Below, in pieces: positions 38,601-51,120 of a stretch of 62,423 bases of DNA (the stretch's first letter is position 1; each line of letters starts with the position of its first letter). The notes below the pieces were generated by a model. The model saw nothing but the letters and a program-made list of their open reading frames with translations, had not been told where the DNA came from and searched no databases. Source of the DNA: Nemertoderma westbladi (taxonomy: Eukaryota > Animalia > Xenacoelomorpha); contig JAUCBJ010000041.1 of assembly GCA_032718475.1 (NCBI GenBank), positions 1 to 62,423 of the forward strand, written 5' to 3'. Both the position numbers and the translations under genes were made by a program.

Positions 38601-41600
38601 ACACTGGAAAACAAGGTATGTGAAAAACCCGTCTCTAGGAGAAAGGTAACACCAGTATGTTATACCGATGACGGCGAAAGCCAGACTTCTCAAGGAGAAG
38701 ATAGCGGGAAGGACACGGATAGATCTTATTACGTGAATAAAATGCCTAAAGATCAGGTAAGTAAATTTAAGTCTCGAACAAATGACAGGAGGGAACAGGT
38801 AAGAAAAACTCCTCCCACGTCTCCCAAGAGAATTCAGGTGAGAAAACCCGAAGAAAAGTCAAGTGTACACAATGTGACTCAAAACAAGGTAAGTAACATC
38901 AAACCAAAATGTGCGCTGTGCGACGGGACCCACCATTTGAATAGGTGTGATGAATTTCTAAAGAAATCATTAACAGAGAGACGCGAAGTCATGTGGGATA
39001 AGCGGTTATGTTATAATTGCCTCAGACAAGGACACCAACGACGAACCTGTTTCTCTGACATAAGGTGTGCAAAGTGTGGTGCGAAACATCATACCTTGTT
39101 GCACGCTGAATTCGATCGAAATAGTCCGAATCAGGTAAGTGATTCCGAGCTACATGTCCAATTCAGTGATGTGAACGACACTGATCAATCTGAGATGGAA
39201 GGATTCTATACAGACGAGTTCTCCGACGAAAACGAATCCTGTTACATGATAAATACCGCAGTGTATCGAGCACTCACATATGAAAAAGATACAGAGAACG
39301 ACTTTACTTTAACTACTTCTGAACGACAACCATCTTGGAAAGAGCCATCTTCCAATGTAGGGATCCGAGAGTTTCCTGTGGTGCAGGTAAGGGTGCACGG
39401 ACCTAAACGGAGTTATATAGTGAACGCCCTCCTGGACTCCGGCAGCACAGGAACATTCATCGATAAAGAGCTAGCCGAAAATATATTTGCTGGACAACCC
39501 AAGTTCCAAACTAAGCTCAACATGTCAGGCATTATGCAAGTTTGGAAATCTACAATAACAGCTGATTATTATGTAGGAGCGTTGTCCACCCCCCAGGACG
39601 AATTAGGAGAACACAGCATAAGGTCAGTGAAAATGGTGGCTATAAAGAACTTCGCTACTACTCAAGCAGACCTTTATGATTGGGACGAGGATGAGAGCAT
39701 CCAACATCTTAACATACCTCGATTCCAGACTGATTATCCTGGAGTGCAAATACTCATCGGCCAAAACGCGCATGAGGCGCTGGAGACGTTAGAGAAACGG
39801 CCTGCTCAACCGCAGCCCCTACAGACCTATGCGGTAAGAACTAGAGTAGGTTGGTACTTTACTGGCCCTTCCCGTAGAACACTCAGAGAAAGACTACCGC
39901 AAGAGAGAGTCTACCAGGTGAGTGAATGGGAAGATGATGCTAGTGAGGGAGACGATTCAACTGAGGGAATTCCATACTCCTCAGATAACGACGATGTTCA
40001 CCAGCTTTTTGATGAGGAGAATACCATCGATCTCCTTAAGGAAAACGAGGCTTGGCAAAACCAAGTGAACTTATGTCAACTTCTCTATCCATCTGAACGA
40101 GAAGCTTATAACGACGAGTTAAATGACGTCATTGAGCGTCATAATGCCAAGATTCGGGATGAACATGCTGTACGATTCTTTACGCAAGAGGCGGTAGAGC
40201 CCAATTCCTACGATAAAGCCTTGTCGGTGGAAGAGGAAAGGGCCAAGCAGATCCAAGAGACAACTACATGTTTCCTCAAAGATCAAGGTAGGTATGAAGT
40301 CGGTTTACCTTTCCGCAAGAAAGAACCGAAGTTCATCAATAACAGACCTTTGGCGGAAAAAAGAATCACGCAACTCCATCGACGCCTTACGGCTAATTCA
40401 TCAGCTAAAGCAATGTATCAAACACAGCTGGAAAAATTCATTAATAAGGGATACGCGGAGAGAGTACCGGAAGAAACACCTGTGACTGAAAGAACGTATT
40501 ATTTAACTCACCATTACGTTCCTAAACCCGGCAAACCAAATGAAGTAAGAGTAGTGTTTGATGGCTCCGCTCTTTACATGGGTCAATCCCTTAACTCTGA
40601 ATTGTTACCCGGACCCAACTTGCTTCAATCTTTGTTGGGAATTATTTTAAGATTGAGACAATATTCGATTGCTTTCGCCTCCGATATAGAAGGCATGTTC
40701 TTACAAGTCAAAGTGTTGGATAGGGATCGGGATAGCTTACGATTTCTATGGTGGCCCGAAGGAGACCTCAACCAGAAACCGGTGGAGTACTGGATGACCA
40801 TCCAGGCCTTTGGGATAATCTCAAGCCCTTCCAACGCCTGTTCGGTAGTGCGTACCACTGCAGAGGACAACAGAGAGGCCTTCTCTAAGGAAGTGATCGA
40901 CAACATCAAAAGAGACATATACATGGACGACAATCTGAAGTCCCTTCCATCAGTTGAGGAAGCCATTGAGGTCGCTAAGGGAACGGTAGAGTGCTTAAAA
41001 AGAGGTGGATTTCGATTAACCAAATTCACCAGCAACTCCCGTGAGTTTCTGGAGTTGATCCCTGCGGAAGATCGAGGAGCAAAAGATCTCGATTTGATCA
41101 AAGATGATCTGCCAGAAACCAAGACACTCGGCTTGAAATGGGACACAGAGCGAGATATCCTGTTTTTCCAACTAAAACAGCGAGATAATCCAGTTCGAAC
41201 CAAACGGATTTGCTTAAGTATACTGAGCACTTATTTCGATCCATTGGGATTTATTAGCCCAGTTATATTGATTGCTCGAAGTTTGGTACAACAAATGTGG
41301 CTTGAAAACCACTCATGGGACGATCCACTTAAGGGAGAATTATTGAAGAAGTGGATGAAATGGGAAGATTCTCTACCGGCTATCGAGGAGTTTATAATTT
41401 CCCGTTCATATTTTGGTCATGTTCTCCCTACGTATTCCTATCAACTCCATGTGTTTGGAGACGCCAGCGATATGGGAATCGGTATAGTAGCCTACCTAAG
41501 AGTGGAAACTCCGGATGGAATCAAAGTAGCCTTGGTTACTTCTAAGGCATTAATCAACAACAAGTTGAAAGTTCCTCGAGCGGAGTTAAAAGCGGCTCTA

Positions 41601-43806
41601 TACGCTACAGCCATCGGCCGGAATGTAACCGAACAGATTGACTATACATTAGAGAAAACTGTCTATTGGACCGACGCTTTACTCGTGTTAGAGTATATAA
41701 CCAATGAAGTCTGTCAGTTCAGCGTCTTCGTTACCAACAGGGTAGCCATCATACTTAGTCGCACGACGATGGACCAATGGAGACATTGCCCCGGAACGAT
41801 TAATCCAGCAGACATCGCGTCCCGAGGAGCGACTCCCAAGGAATTGGTAAATACTCCCGAATGGTTAGGAGGACCCGACTTTCTCTACAGAGAAGAAGAA
41901 GAATGGCCTCCCCATCTCACAACAGCAGAGATCAGACAGGCCAAGGGAGCGGAGAAAGTTAAACCCAAAACTCGAGCGAGTAAATCGAAGTTGTTTAAAC
42001 CTGCGGTTGATCTATCTGTCTTATTTACTTCCGGAGATGATGCTTTGGATCAGAAACCTACCGCCACGACGAAAGAAGTCTTGGAAATCCGTGACAAGGA
42101 TTGGAAATCTGGAATACCAGATATTTCGCAAGGACTCTCACCTCTCTTGCAGAGAGCGATACGTCACTACAGCTCCTGGAATCGGCTCTGTAAAGCCATC
42201 ACCTATTTAAAACGATGTTTTCATCATCGTTACTCCGGGACAAAGACTCATAGTGATGAGGCTCCATCAACATCTGCACGAGTCCATGTTGTTAAAGATC
42301 TTCCACAATACAAGATATCCGACAGGTTTCTAAAAGAGAAGATCAGTTACCAGGAGCATGATGAAACCAACAAACAGATGCTGAGACTCCTACAATGCTA
42401 TGAGGATTCCGATAAGTATTTCCTGTTATTAAGAAATCCACAGATGCGCTTAAGGGATCGCTTCTCTAGTACCATGATAGATGGGTTAATACGTGTTGGA
42501 GGTCGGCTTACCAACGCCCCGTTATCCTTTGACACTAAGTTTCCCATACTCATTAGGAATCTTGATATACAAATCAAGATGATTGTAGATGTTCATAGCA
42601 AACTGTATCATGCTGGTAGAGAACGAGTTCTGAGCGAAATTCGAACTCGCTACTATTTTTATAAACCCCGTAGGGCTCTGAACCAAGTTCTTAGGAACTG
42701 CATACCCTGTAGGAAAGCATTCAGTAGGCCTTTAACACAGCGAGAGGCAGAATTACCTAGGGAAAGAGTAAGCTTCTATGAACCCACCCTTTACTAATAC
42801 CGGTGTGGATTTATTTGGCCCTATTGAAGTATATCGTGCCCGGACTATAGTCAAGAGATGGTGTGTCATCTTCGTTTGTATGACTTGTAGAGCTATCCAT
42901 CTCGATATGGTAAACGATCTATCCACCAACAGCTTCGTGTTGAGTTTACGACGACAGATCGCTCGCTTCGGAACCAGTAACACGATGAGATCGGATAAGG
43001 GAACGAACTTCATTGGCGCCAACAACGAAATTCAAGCTTACGTAAAGGACTGGAACAAAAGACAGGTGGACGATCAGCTAAGGATAACAGCGTCTAGCTG
43101 GACCTTCAACGCCGCCGACGCCCCTTGGTGGGGAGGAAGTTGGGAGAGATTGATTAGGAGCGTGAAGACTGCGTTCCACTTTATTGTGCCTTGTCGCGCT
43201 TATCTCACCGACGAACTATTGCGGACGTTAATGGAGGAAATCGCCGCCTATCTCAACGAAAGACCGCTTATGCCAGTCTCTTCAAATCCTGATTCCCTGG
43301 AAGCGCTAACACCCGCGCACTTTCTACTGAAGAAACCCGTAGCCATGCTCCCACGATCGGAGATCACAGACGGAGACGAGTACTGCCGTCGAACCTGGCA
43401 ACTTATGCAGTTGCTATCCCGTCGTTTCGCTGACCATTTCGAGAAACATTACCTGCCCACTCTACAACTTCGAACTAAGTGGTTTGCGCAGCAAGAAAAC
43501 GTCAGCGCTGGAGACATGGTGCTTATTGTGGACCCCGATCTCCCACGTAAGCGATGGCAAACAGGACGTATCATCGAGACTTATATCTCGAGCGATGGTT
43601 TGGTGCGATCAGTAGAGCTCGTCGTCATGCGGCGGAACTTTAAGAAACCAGGGATAGTCTTTGAGACTCAACAGCTCAATCGCCCAGTGGGACGTTTATG
43701 TTTACTGGAAAGAGACAGAGAGCTCTCCGGAAACTATGGAAGGCAAGAAACTCTTCCCACGACCACTTCCCTAATCCAACCGACATCTAGGGACTCCCCA
43801 ACTTAA
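35673..43806 (+). pseudogene. gag-pol: BEL/Pao gag-pol polyprotein interrupted by an in-frame TAG (37650-37652) and a 1-nt frameshift near 42785
   Basis: 35673-37652 and 37662-42797 share a frame; KFNGD gag motif, three knuckles, LLDSGS, YMDD, LHVFGDAS, PRAEL, YWTD, HxxxxH..CxxC; TGVDLFGP, SDKGTNF and WERLI continue in 42778-43806. Confidence 0.93.
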
Positions 43807-43864
43807 TATCGTTCGGAGTGGGCGTGTGACTCTATTATTTTATATTATTTTATTATTTTTATAT

Positions 43865-46325
43865 GTGGGGCGAGCCACGAAGTGAGTGAGCCTTAGCGTA
43901 GTGGTACCATTAATCAACCTGTCGTTCTGTCGTTCTGTCGTTCTGTCGTTCTGTCGTGTTCAATTTTAAACGTTAATAACTCGGCCAATCTTTGATGAAA
44001 TCTATCCAAACTTGGTACACATGTTGTATGGCAAAAGTTTAGAAATTTTCCAAGTAGAATTTCCGTGTGGCCTTCGAGAAGCTAAGATAATAGCAGTTAA
44101 TTAGTTAATTAAGTTGATTACGGTAAAAACACCATTTTCAACCTGCCTTTTAAAGGAAATTAATTGTTTTACAGTATAAGACTTCAATAATTATACTTAA
44201 AAAATATACAGATGTAATCCGCATACTCCATTCTATTATAGTTTTTAATTAGTTCAAGTGATTTGCTTTAATAATCGTGTCTTTAATTGATCTAAAGTAA
44301 TTAAACCGGCATAAAAAATGTATTCTCATTAAATACTGCTCATTTATTGGTTAACATCCAAGTTGGCTTGATTCCCAGCAACACTTGAGGTATTCAGTCA
44401 GCCTTGCTTGTAAGAGGCAGACTGCTGCTGCTGCTAGTAGCCATCCATTCACTCACTCTCCATTGAACTGGCTGATTGGAGGTGTGTGTGTATCGGGTTC
44501 AATGACATTAATATTATTACTAAAGTAACGTCGGGATGTTAATATTCACTGGAGCTATGAGTCTCTCTGGTTAGTTGAATGAATGAAATAAATAATTGTT
44601 TTACTGTTCCGAATATCAATGTTTATTTCTGTAGGCCAACTTACTGTATTATTATTTAATCTAAATGTACATAATAGTTTAAATAAATTATTTCACAATT
44701 TCATTCCAATTCATACTGCTTACGCAACCATGCTAATTAGGTATATTAAATGGCAGGATTGTTTTTAATTAAAATTTTTACAGAGCAAACAAGTATATTG
44801 TATTTAACTGAAAGTTAATTTATTTCGGTAAGTAGGCCTTGCGGTTTGTTAGTTTAGTTAGTATAATAAGTATCAAATATATTACGTGCTGCTGTACAGT
44901 AAACGCGGCTTTGCGTTATTGAATTACAGAATTGGCGGTACAAAGTACATTAATAGGGATCAGGCATATTGCATTTATATAATTGTTGTTGTAAATGTAC
45001 AATAATATGCGCCACTTTTATTTTAGTAACTGCAATGTGTATTTCATTTGTACCTGCAACCCATTAAAAAGGGCAGCTGAACATATCGCGGACAGGCTGA
45101 CTATTCACCATAACAAAAAAACCCAAATCGCCGCAGTTCCACTTACAGTTCCATATTATTCTGTTTTGCAATTCAACCCAATTTATCTGCTCTCTGCTAC
45201 ACGCGGTTTTATCCACGAGTTTTGTAAAGTCCCGACTTATCGGGAATGACATGAACTTAGCGTCCGGAATATTCTGATCAGATTAAATCTACTTGGCGCT
45301 GTAATACTGCATCCCGTTGTACCAGAAGTTATTAAAACATACCGGCCCCTCAAATGCGCTCTGGTTAGAGAACAACATATACCGCCCCAGTACAACCGCT
45401 ATTTTGATAAGGTCCAATATATAATATATATATATGGTCTAACATATGATAGTTCACTAATCAGCTAATAGGCCTATTAATTCGTGAGATTTCAATTTAT
45501 AAATAAAACTAATATACGAGCTCATATGAGCTCAATTGATTGATTGATTGAAGGTATGACCGTTGTTGTGGGGGACTAGGTCTACCTGTCTAGCAGCTAA
45601 TAACTCGTCCGTGGAGAGAATAATATAAGTCGAGGAACATAACGAAACGCGTTTAATTTATTTATTTATTCCAATTGGGGATGCTTTCTAACGCGGGAAT
45701 GCGGTGCTATTAAACATCAACACATTCCTGCGCGTGCGTCGATATTGTGCACCCTAATACTAACAACCCACCCAGACACCCCCTACCCCTCACCCCCCCC
45801 CCCCCCCCCCCCCCATCACCCAACATTACTATGTATAGATCAATGCAGCTCAATATATTACTAAAGGTATCGTCTGATTAGCTTTCCTACACATGACCTC
45901 TTATCCTTGTAATTGTTTATTTATTTACACTATTTTTTGTTGAGTAAATCTTTCTGATAGGGGGGGGGGGGGGGGGGGGGGACTTACTCTGGACGAGCGC
46001 AACGATTGAACGACGCTTATAATAATTAAGACGAGTACGGCGTTGATTATATTCATATACACCACCTGGCTTTGCATATTTAACGTGCGATTGGAAATAA
46101 GTTCGTTCTACCCTTCCGTGGGTGGTAGATGTCACGGTTATGTATTGGTGGTTGAGAAGGGTGGGGGGGGGGGGATTAAAAGGGGTGAACACGTACTGTC
46201 CCCCTTTCTTTGATTGATTGGTGGTGTGGGTAAATTTCTCAAAACCTGATTTTGTGATACAGTCGCTTAATTTTAATTTGTATCTCATAACTGGACCTCG
46301 TGCTGCGCGAAGGCCCCACGAACGT
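43865..46325 (+). mobile_element. 2.46-kb non-autonomous insertion, Helitron/Helentron (HINE/DINE-1)-like
   Basis: Absent from the paralogous empty site at about 2105; short inverted ends GTGGGGC / GCCCCAC, terminal hairpins, (CTGTCGTT)n microsatellite, no clear TSD; related copy at 6733. Confidence 0.75.
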
Positions 46326-46532
46326 GTATGTATGTATTACTATGTCATTTTATTATAATCGTTTTATTTAATTTAGTAGAATATTATTTAGCGATTATTT
46401 TGTAGAATAGTGCAATATATTCGTGTTCATTACGTACGTAATTACTTATATTATATTTAGTGAGACGGCGAAGAAATAATTATTTTTCTCTTTCCTTACT
46501 GTCCGTATTATATTACAAATACGTAACTACAG

Positions 46533-47392
46533 TAAGATGAAATGTCCGTACTTATTAAAGTACAATAAAGCCACTACTATATTTAAGTATTATTGGTAGG
46601 CAGAGTATTAGGAATGCAAAGTTCAGATCCTCGTGTCTCGGCTAAACCAAGCTCTGGGTAGACCTTGGAAACGACTTGCCTCTTCACACTGACATTGCTT
46701 CGTGCGATATTGCTCTCATACCGTATATTAAATAATACATATAGTAGCGTGATGTCCCTTTAACAGTAGCGTATAACGCAAAATAAATCTGTTAAACCCT
46801 TTGACCATCTGTAATTCTAGTCGATTAAGATATCGCGGCACCCACCGATATACTTGAAAGACAAATTCTAGAATCAGTGGTTAACGTCCCCAGACAAGTT
46901 CTGGAATAAATCGGTGCCCATCTCAAATATTAATTAATTAATATTTGCAAAATCTAATAAATTAAGATGAAATGTCCGTACTTATTAAAGTACAATAAAG
47001 CCACTACTATATTTAAGTATTATTGGTAGGCAGAGTATTAGGAATGCAAAGTTCAGATCCTCGTGTCTCGGCTAAACCAAGCTCTGGGTAGACCTTGGAA
47101 ACGACTTGCCTCTTCACACTGACATTGCTTCGTGCGATATTGCTCTCATACCGTATATTAAATAATACATATAGTAGCGTGATGTCCCTTTAACAGTAGC
47201 GTATAACGCAAAATAAATCTGTTAAACCCTTTGACCATCTGTAATTCTAGTCGATTAAGATATCGCGGCACCCACCGATATACTTGAAAGACAAATTCTA
47301 GAATCAGTGGTTAACGTCCCCAGACAAGTTCTGGAATAAATCGGTGCCCATCTCAAATATTAATTAATTAATATTTGCAAAATCTAATAAAT
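46533..47392 (+). repeat. Exact 430-bp tandem duplication
   Basis: TAAGATGAAATGTCCG at 46533 and 46963; single copy in the paralog (about 2319-2745). Confidence 0.95.
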
Positions 47393-48268
47393 CAAAATCT
47401 GTAAAATTCAGATCCTGCAATAATTCTAGTCAATTAAGATATCGTAGCATTTACCGATATTCTTAAAAAGACAATTGTCATAGAATTAAGGATCTTGTGT
47501 CCCTAGACATGTTCTAGAATCAAAATATGTCCATTTAATTATCAAATAATAAAATTTCAGGGAATAAATTTAAATTCATGCCTTTTAATGAATTTAATAA
47601 ATTGCCATTTTTACGCAATTTATAAAGTTCCCAAAATTCCATTAATTAATAGATCAAGGGAGCGGAGATTTATCTTATCATGCGTATGAGAGTGTGAAAG
47701 TCTCCCAAACATAGTCAATAGCCGATAAAATTCATAAAGTCATGTATAAAACAGAACATTGACTATTAAAGAATACTATTAAATAACATCCCAGATCTGT
47801 ATGCATTGGAACTACCCTAATTCTACCGCTAGCTTTGCATAATGTCACCATAGCAACAACCACGCTAGAATTAGAATTGAGTTAAAAGAACAATAGAAAG
47901 CTTGTCCCATTGAATAGCATAGGGAATAAATAGCGCACTGCTAGTATCCAAGGATACATACTAATACAGTGACATTCTGGAAGGCATTGACTAACGGACA
48001 AATGGCCCGAATGTGTGTAATTTGTGACAAGTTGTGTGTGTGGTATTTGTGAGTTTATAGGTGAATGTTACTGCTAAGGTGTGTTTACAGTAGCCAGTCG
48101 CAATCGTAAAAGTAACCTAACTCTCCAAGGAAAACCTGAAGTACATCTAAGCCTTTGGGACGGACAGTCGAGTGACTTGTGCCGGTTGTCGTTGTCGTTG
48201 TGCGGCTACGTCGTTGGCGAAAGTACAGCGGCGACGACACATCGGCGCTGAGGATCTCGTACTGTCCG
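46787..48268 (+). ncRNA. Candidate structured RNA region (paralog of 2573-3617, with one extra module)
   Basis: Same modules at about 46801, 47231, 47410 and 47818, plus a long hairpin at 48161-48268. Confidence 0.55.
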
Positions 48269-48350
48269 GGGGTTAATTGGAGTAGGCAGCGACGCTCGCT
48301 AGCCTAAATATAAACTCCTTATAATATGGATAAACTCATATATAGCAGAT

Positions 48351-49046
48351 ATGACGGAGTTGATAGAAGATGGTCTTGGTATCGGGGAGCGATATACTCT
48401 ACTTTTACAAGCGTTTGTTGATAGCTTAATACGCGGCGACGTTGGTCCAACTGCTGCGGAGGACGATGGTCGTTATATCGAACCGACAATGTCCCAAGTG
48501 CAGCTCTCGCGAGAGTTGGACTATAGAAAATTCGCTGCTCGATATACGCAGCGTAATGGTACGTATATGGGCTTCTTAACTACTGGTCATCCTATCGATT
48601 TACACGATACGGACAATGTCGACACCAAAAGGGAAATGGTACGATTGAAATATCCTACCCAGCGGAGGCGGAACGATAAACCAAGAATGGAACACGAGAA
48701 TTCTATTCGAAACAGACTCGAAAGAGAAGACGTTGAGGAGCCGGATAAACGCAGCGACTTCAACGATTATCTGGAATTCCTGATAGAAACATATCTCAAT
48801 ATTGCCAGTCAACAAAATCTAGAAACTCGATATCCTCAAGGTATACATCATGACCGCATGGTAGAACTCAAACGGCTCGATTCCCCTATGATGTATCTTA
48901 CCGCCGATCGACCGCTACCTGTTGTACCGAATAGCTTCGAACGGATGGAGGAATATTGTAAGCTGGAGAAAGATCACTCGCGTTTCCCCTACAAGACGTA
49001 CGTTTTTGGGTATTATTACGGTAAATGCCCTAGACCCAGCCAATAA
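48351..49046 (+). CDS. Accessory ORF of unknown function in the env position, 231 aa
   Basis: ATG-initiated ORF between pol and PPT; several synonymous differences versus the paralog; no signal peptide or TM segment visible. Confidence 0.6.
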   Translation: MTELIEDGLGIGERYTLLLQAFVDSLIRGDVGPTAAEDDGRYIEPTMSQVQLSRELDYRKFAARYTQRNGTYMGFLTTGHPIDLHDTDNVDTKREMVRLKYPTQRRRNDKPRMEHENSIRNRLEREDVEEPDKRSDFNDYLEFLIETYLNIASQQNLETRYPQGIHHDRMVELKRLDSPMMYLTADRPLPVVPNSFERMEEYCKLEKDHSRFPYKTYVFGYYYGKCPRPSQ

Positions 49047-49555
49047 ACGGAAAGACATAAACATCCACGGAAACGTTGTGTTAAACACAGTTGTGTTCGT
49101 TATATTTACTGGAGTTTCGAGCGAAACTTGTTTGACGTATCACCTATGCTCACTCGGCTCTAACGATCCTAGAGTAAACCTACGATCAGAGTCCCGGAAT
49201 ACTCGGTCAAACCTCCTCATTCCTTAGTTGGACCTCAGACCTGCGATCCTGGTGGTGTCGCGGATCCTCGCGGACAGTATTCACTGTTCAAGATCTAGTG
49301 CTACCCTAACAATTAATCGGTAACACTCCGACAGTGATTTCTAGCTAGCCGCCCATCTTACCTAGCTGGATTATGACGCAGACACCTAATATCACTATCC
49401 AACCGTATGGTCGTCCCGTTTAACGCGATACAACCCTTCATCAAGGTGAAGGAGAGCGTTGTACGAAACGAGGTAAACGCTATTCTATAAAGATCAAAAA
49501 GAAACCTGCGTTTGTTCAGATAAACGTAAGTTACAACAGTAAGTCCAATCGATAA

Positions 49556-49867
49556 ACAAATTGGCCTTCTCTCAGTTCGATTGGGAAACCTCGAATCTCA
49601 AAGAAGATATCAAGCTTAGAAAACCCTATTCTCTGCGAGAGTTTTGGACGAACGTATTCCATGACAAGCGGAGGAAAATCAGCTCGAGGAGAAGCATATC
49701 GAAACGGCAGATACCTCGACCATAAACCTACACCTTCTGATGCAATCATATTGCACCCTTCACCCAGGAGTTATGGCCCTCCTAGTAAAGTGGCTCCCCC
49801 CAAAGAGAAAAAGACTCTTGCTAGCCTCAAAAAACTGCGTAAACGCCGTCTGCGTAAGAAAGACTAA
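49556..49867 (+). CDS. Second accessory coding segment with a basic NLS-like C-terminus (ATG at 49661; possibly the end of a decayed longer ORF)
   Basis: Differences from 4734-4890 are mostly synonymous or conservative in this frame; ends KKLRKRRLRKKD. Confidence 0.45.
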   Translation, partial: TNWPSLSSIGKPRISKKISSLENPILCESFGRTYSMTSGGKSARGEAYRNGRYLDHKPTPSDAIILHPSPRSYGPPSKVAPPKEKKTLASLKKLRKRRLRKKD

Positions 49868-49945
49868 CTGTTTAGAGTATCTTTATGTTTTAGAAACTGT
49901 GATTTTTATATTTTATAGACTGAAAATCCCATTTTCTGGGAGCGG

Positions 49946-51120
49946 TGTAAAAGCTTTTGCTGAATTGTCCGGTTACTTTTCCTTATTTTTCCCGTAAAAT
50001 ACTCTGTAGTTGGTTTAACAGGCATAAAAAGGCCGTGTCCTTGCTGTACTGGTGTTTTAGCGGACATAAAAGCTATTTCTTCTGTATTTGTACTTTAGAG
50101 GACATAATCCGTAATTCCGTGACGTAAAAGCTCGATACTCTTGAAAACAGCGTCGCTACCATGACGACGGCTAGCAGCTGATATTGCCACGTCGACGTTT
50201 CTTTGTTTCTTTGTTCTCTCGTTGTTCAGGTTGACCAATCAGAGCGTTTGTTGTCTCTGTGTTGGAGGTATATACAGAAACTCAGTAGTTCAGTGTTATG
50301 TTTTTGCCCAGAGCCTAAGAACCGGCTTTTGGCACCTCCGTGTTTCAGTTTTTAGTCTTACACTAGTAGGTTTAATTATAAGGACATATATCCTTTAACC
50401 TACGACACTGCTAACTGATCATACATACTGACTGCTGAAACATTGCAAACTCATAACAATCAGTGTTTTCATTGTTGTTTTATACTGCTATTTACTGTCA
50501 GTTCTTCATAATATGGTTGATGAATTATTATATTTGGAATAACGATAAATAACCCCGAAACCCAATATTCTTGATATACCGAAGGTAAGAGAGAAAGGTT
50601 ACCAATAACGATTGTGACTTATGTTAAAGTGGTTTGAAGTGAATCTAATGTTATTTGATAGACCCTACATGAGTCAGTCTGTGTTCCTTTTATATGTGAC
50701 TAAAATCAGTGAAGATTGGCAGATTAGTGTGCAGTATTGTGCAGCATTGTGTATGAGCGAGTCTGTTAAAGAAGCAATTCCTAAAGAATGCGCCATATAT
50801 GTGAATTATAATTGAGCCATATCGTTGTGAGTAGTTTAAGTCATAACTCTGTTTATATAGATAAAGCGCCACGTCCTAAAGGAACTGTTAATATTCCCGA
50901 AGGTGAATAATATTGTCAGAGATTATATAATACTGTCAGTCGAATAATACATTAGGCTTACATAGCAATAAAATTAAACCGTCGAACCCAATCTCCCGGG
51001 AATATCCAGCGGGTGAATGATCGCGCACAGATTGGTTTCGACTAGTGTAGTGAATCAAATACTTGTCATAGACTAAAAACCGATTTAATATCTAGAAGAC
51101 ATCTTAATTTGGTGGGTTAA
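49946..51120 (+). repeat. 3' LTR copy 1 (lacks its terminal ~27 bp, has a 9-bp insertion at 50399-50407)
   Basis: Follows PPT GGGAGCGG; matches the 5' LTR up to GGTGGGTTAA. Confidence 0.95.

Noticed and set aside
49047-49555. Alternative genetic code (TAA/TAG as Gln) to open the middle of the accessory region
   Set aside because: Host genes and the LINE end in TAG or TAA and have no internal stops; indels between paralogs indicate decay.
49531-49749. Minus-strand 72-aa ORF as the true accessory gene
   Set aside because: Paralog differences are radical in this frame (F/S, I/N, R/L, G/D) but conservative in the plus frame.
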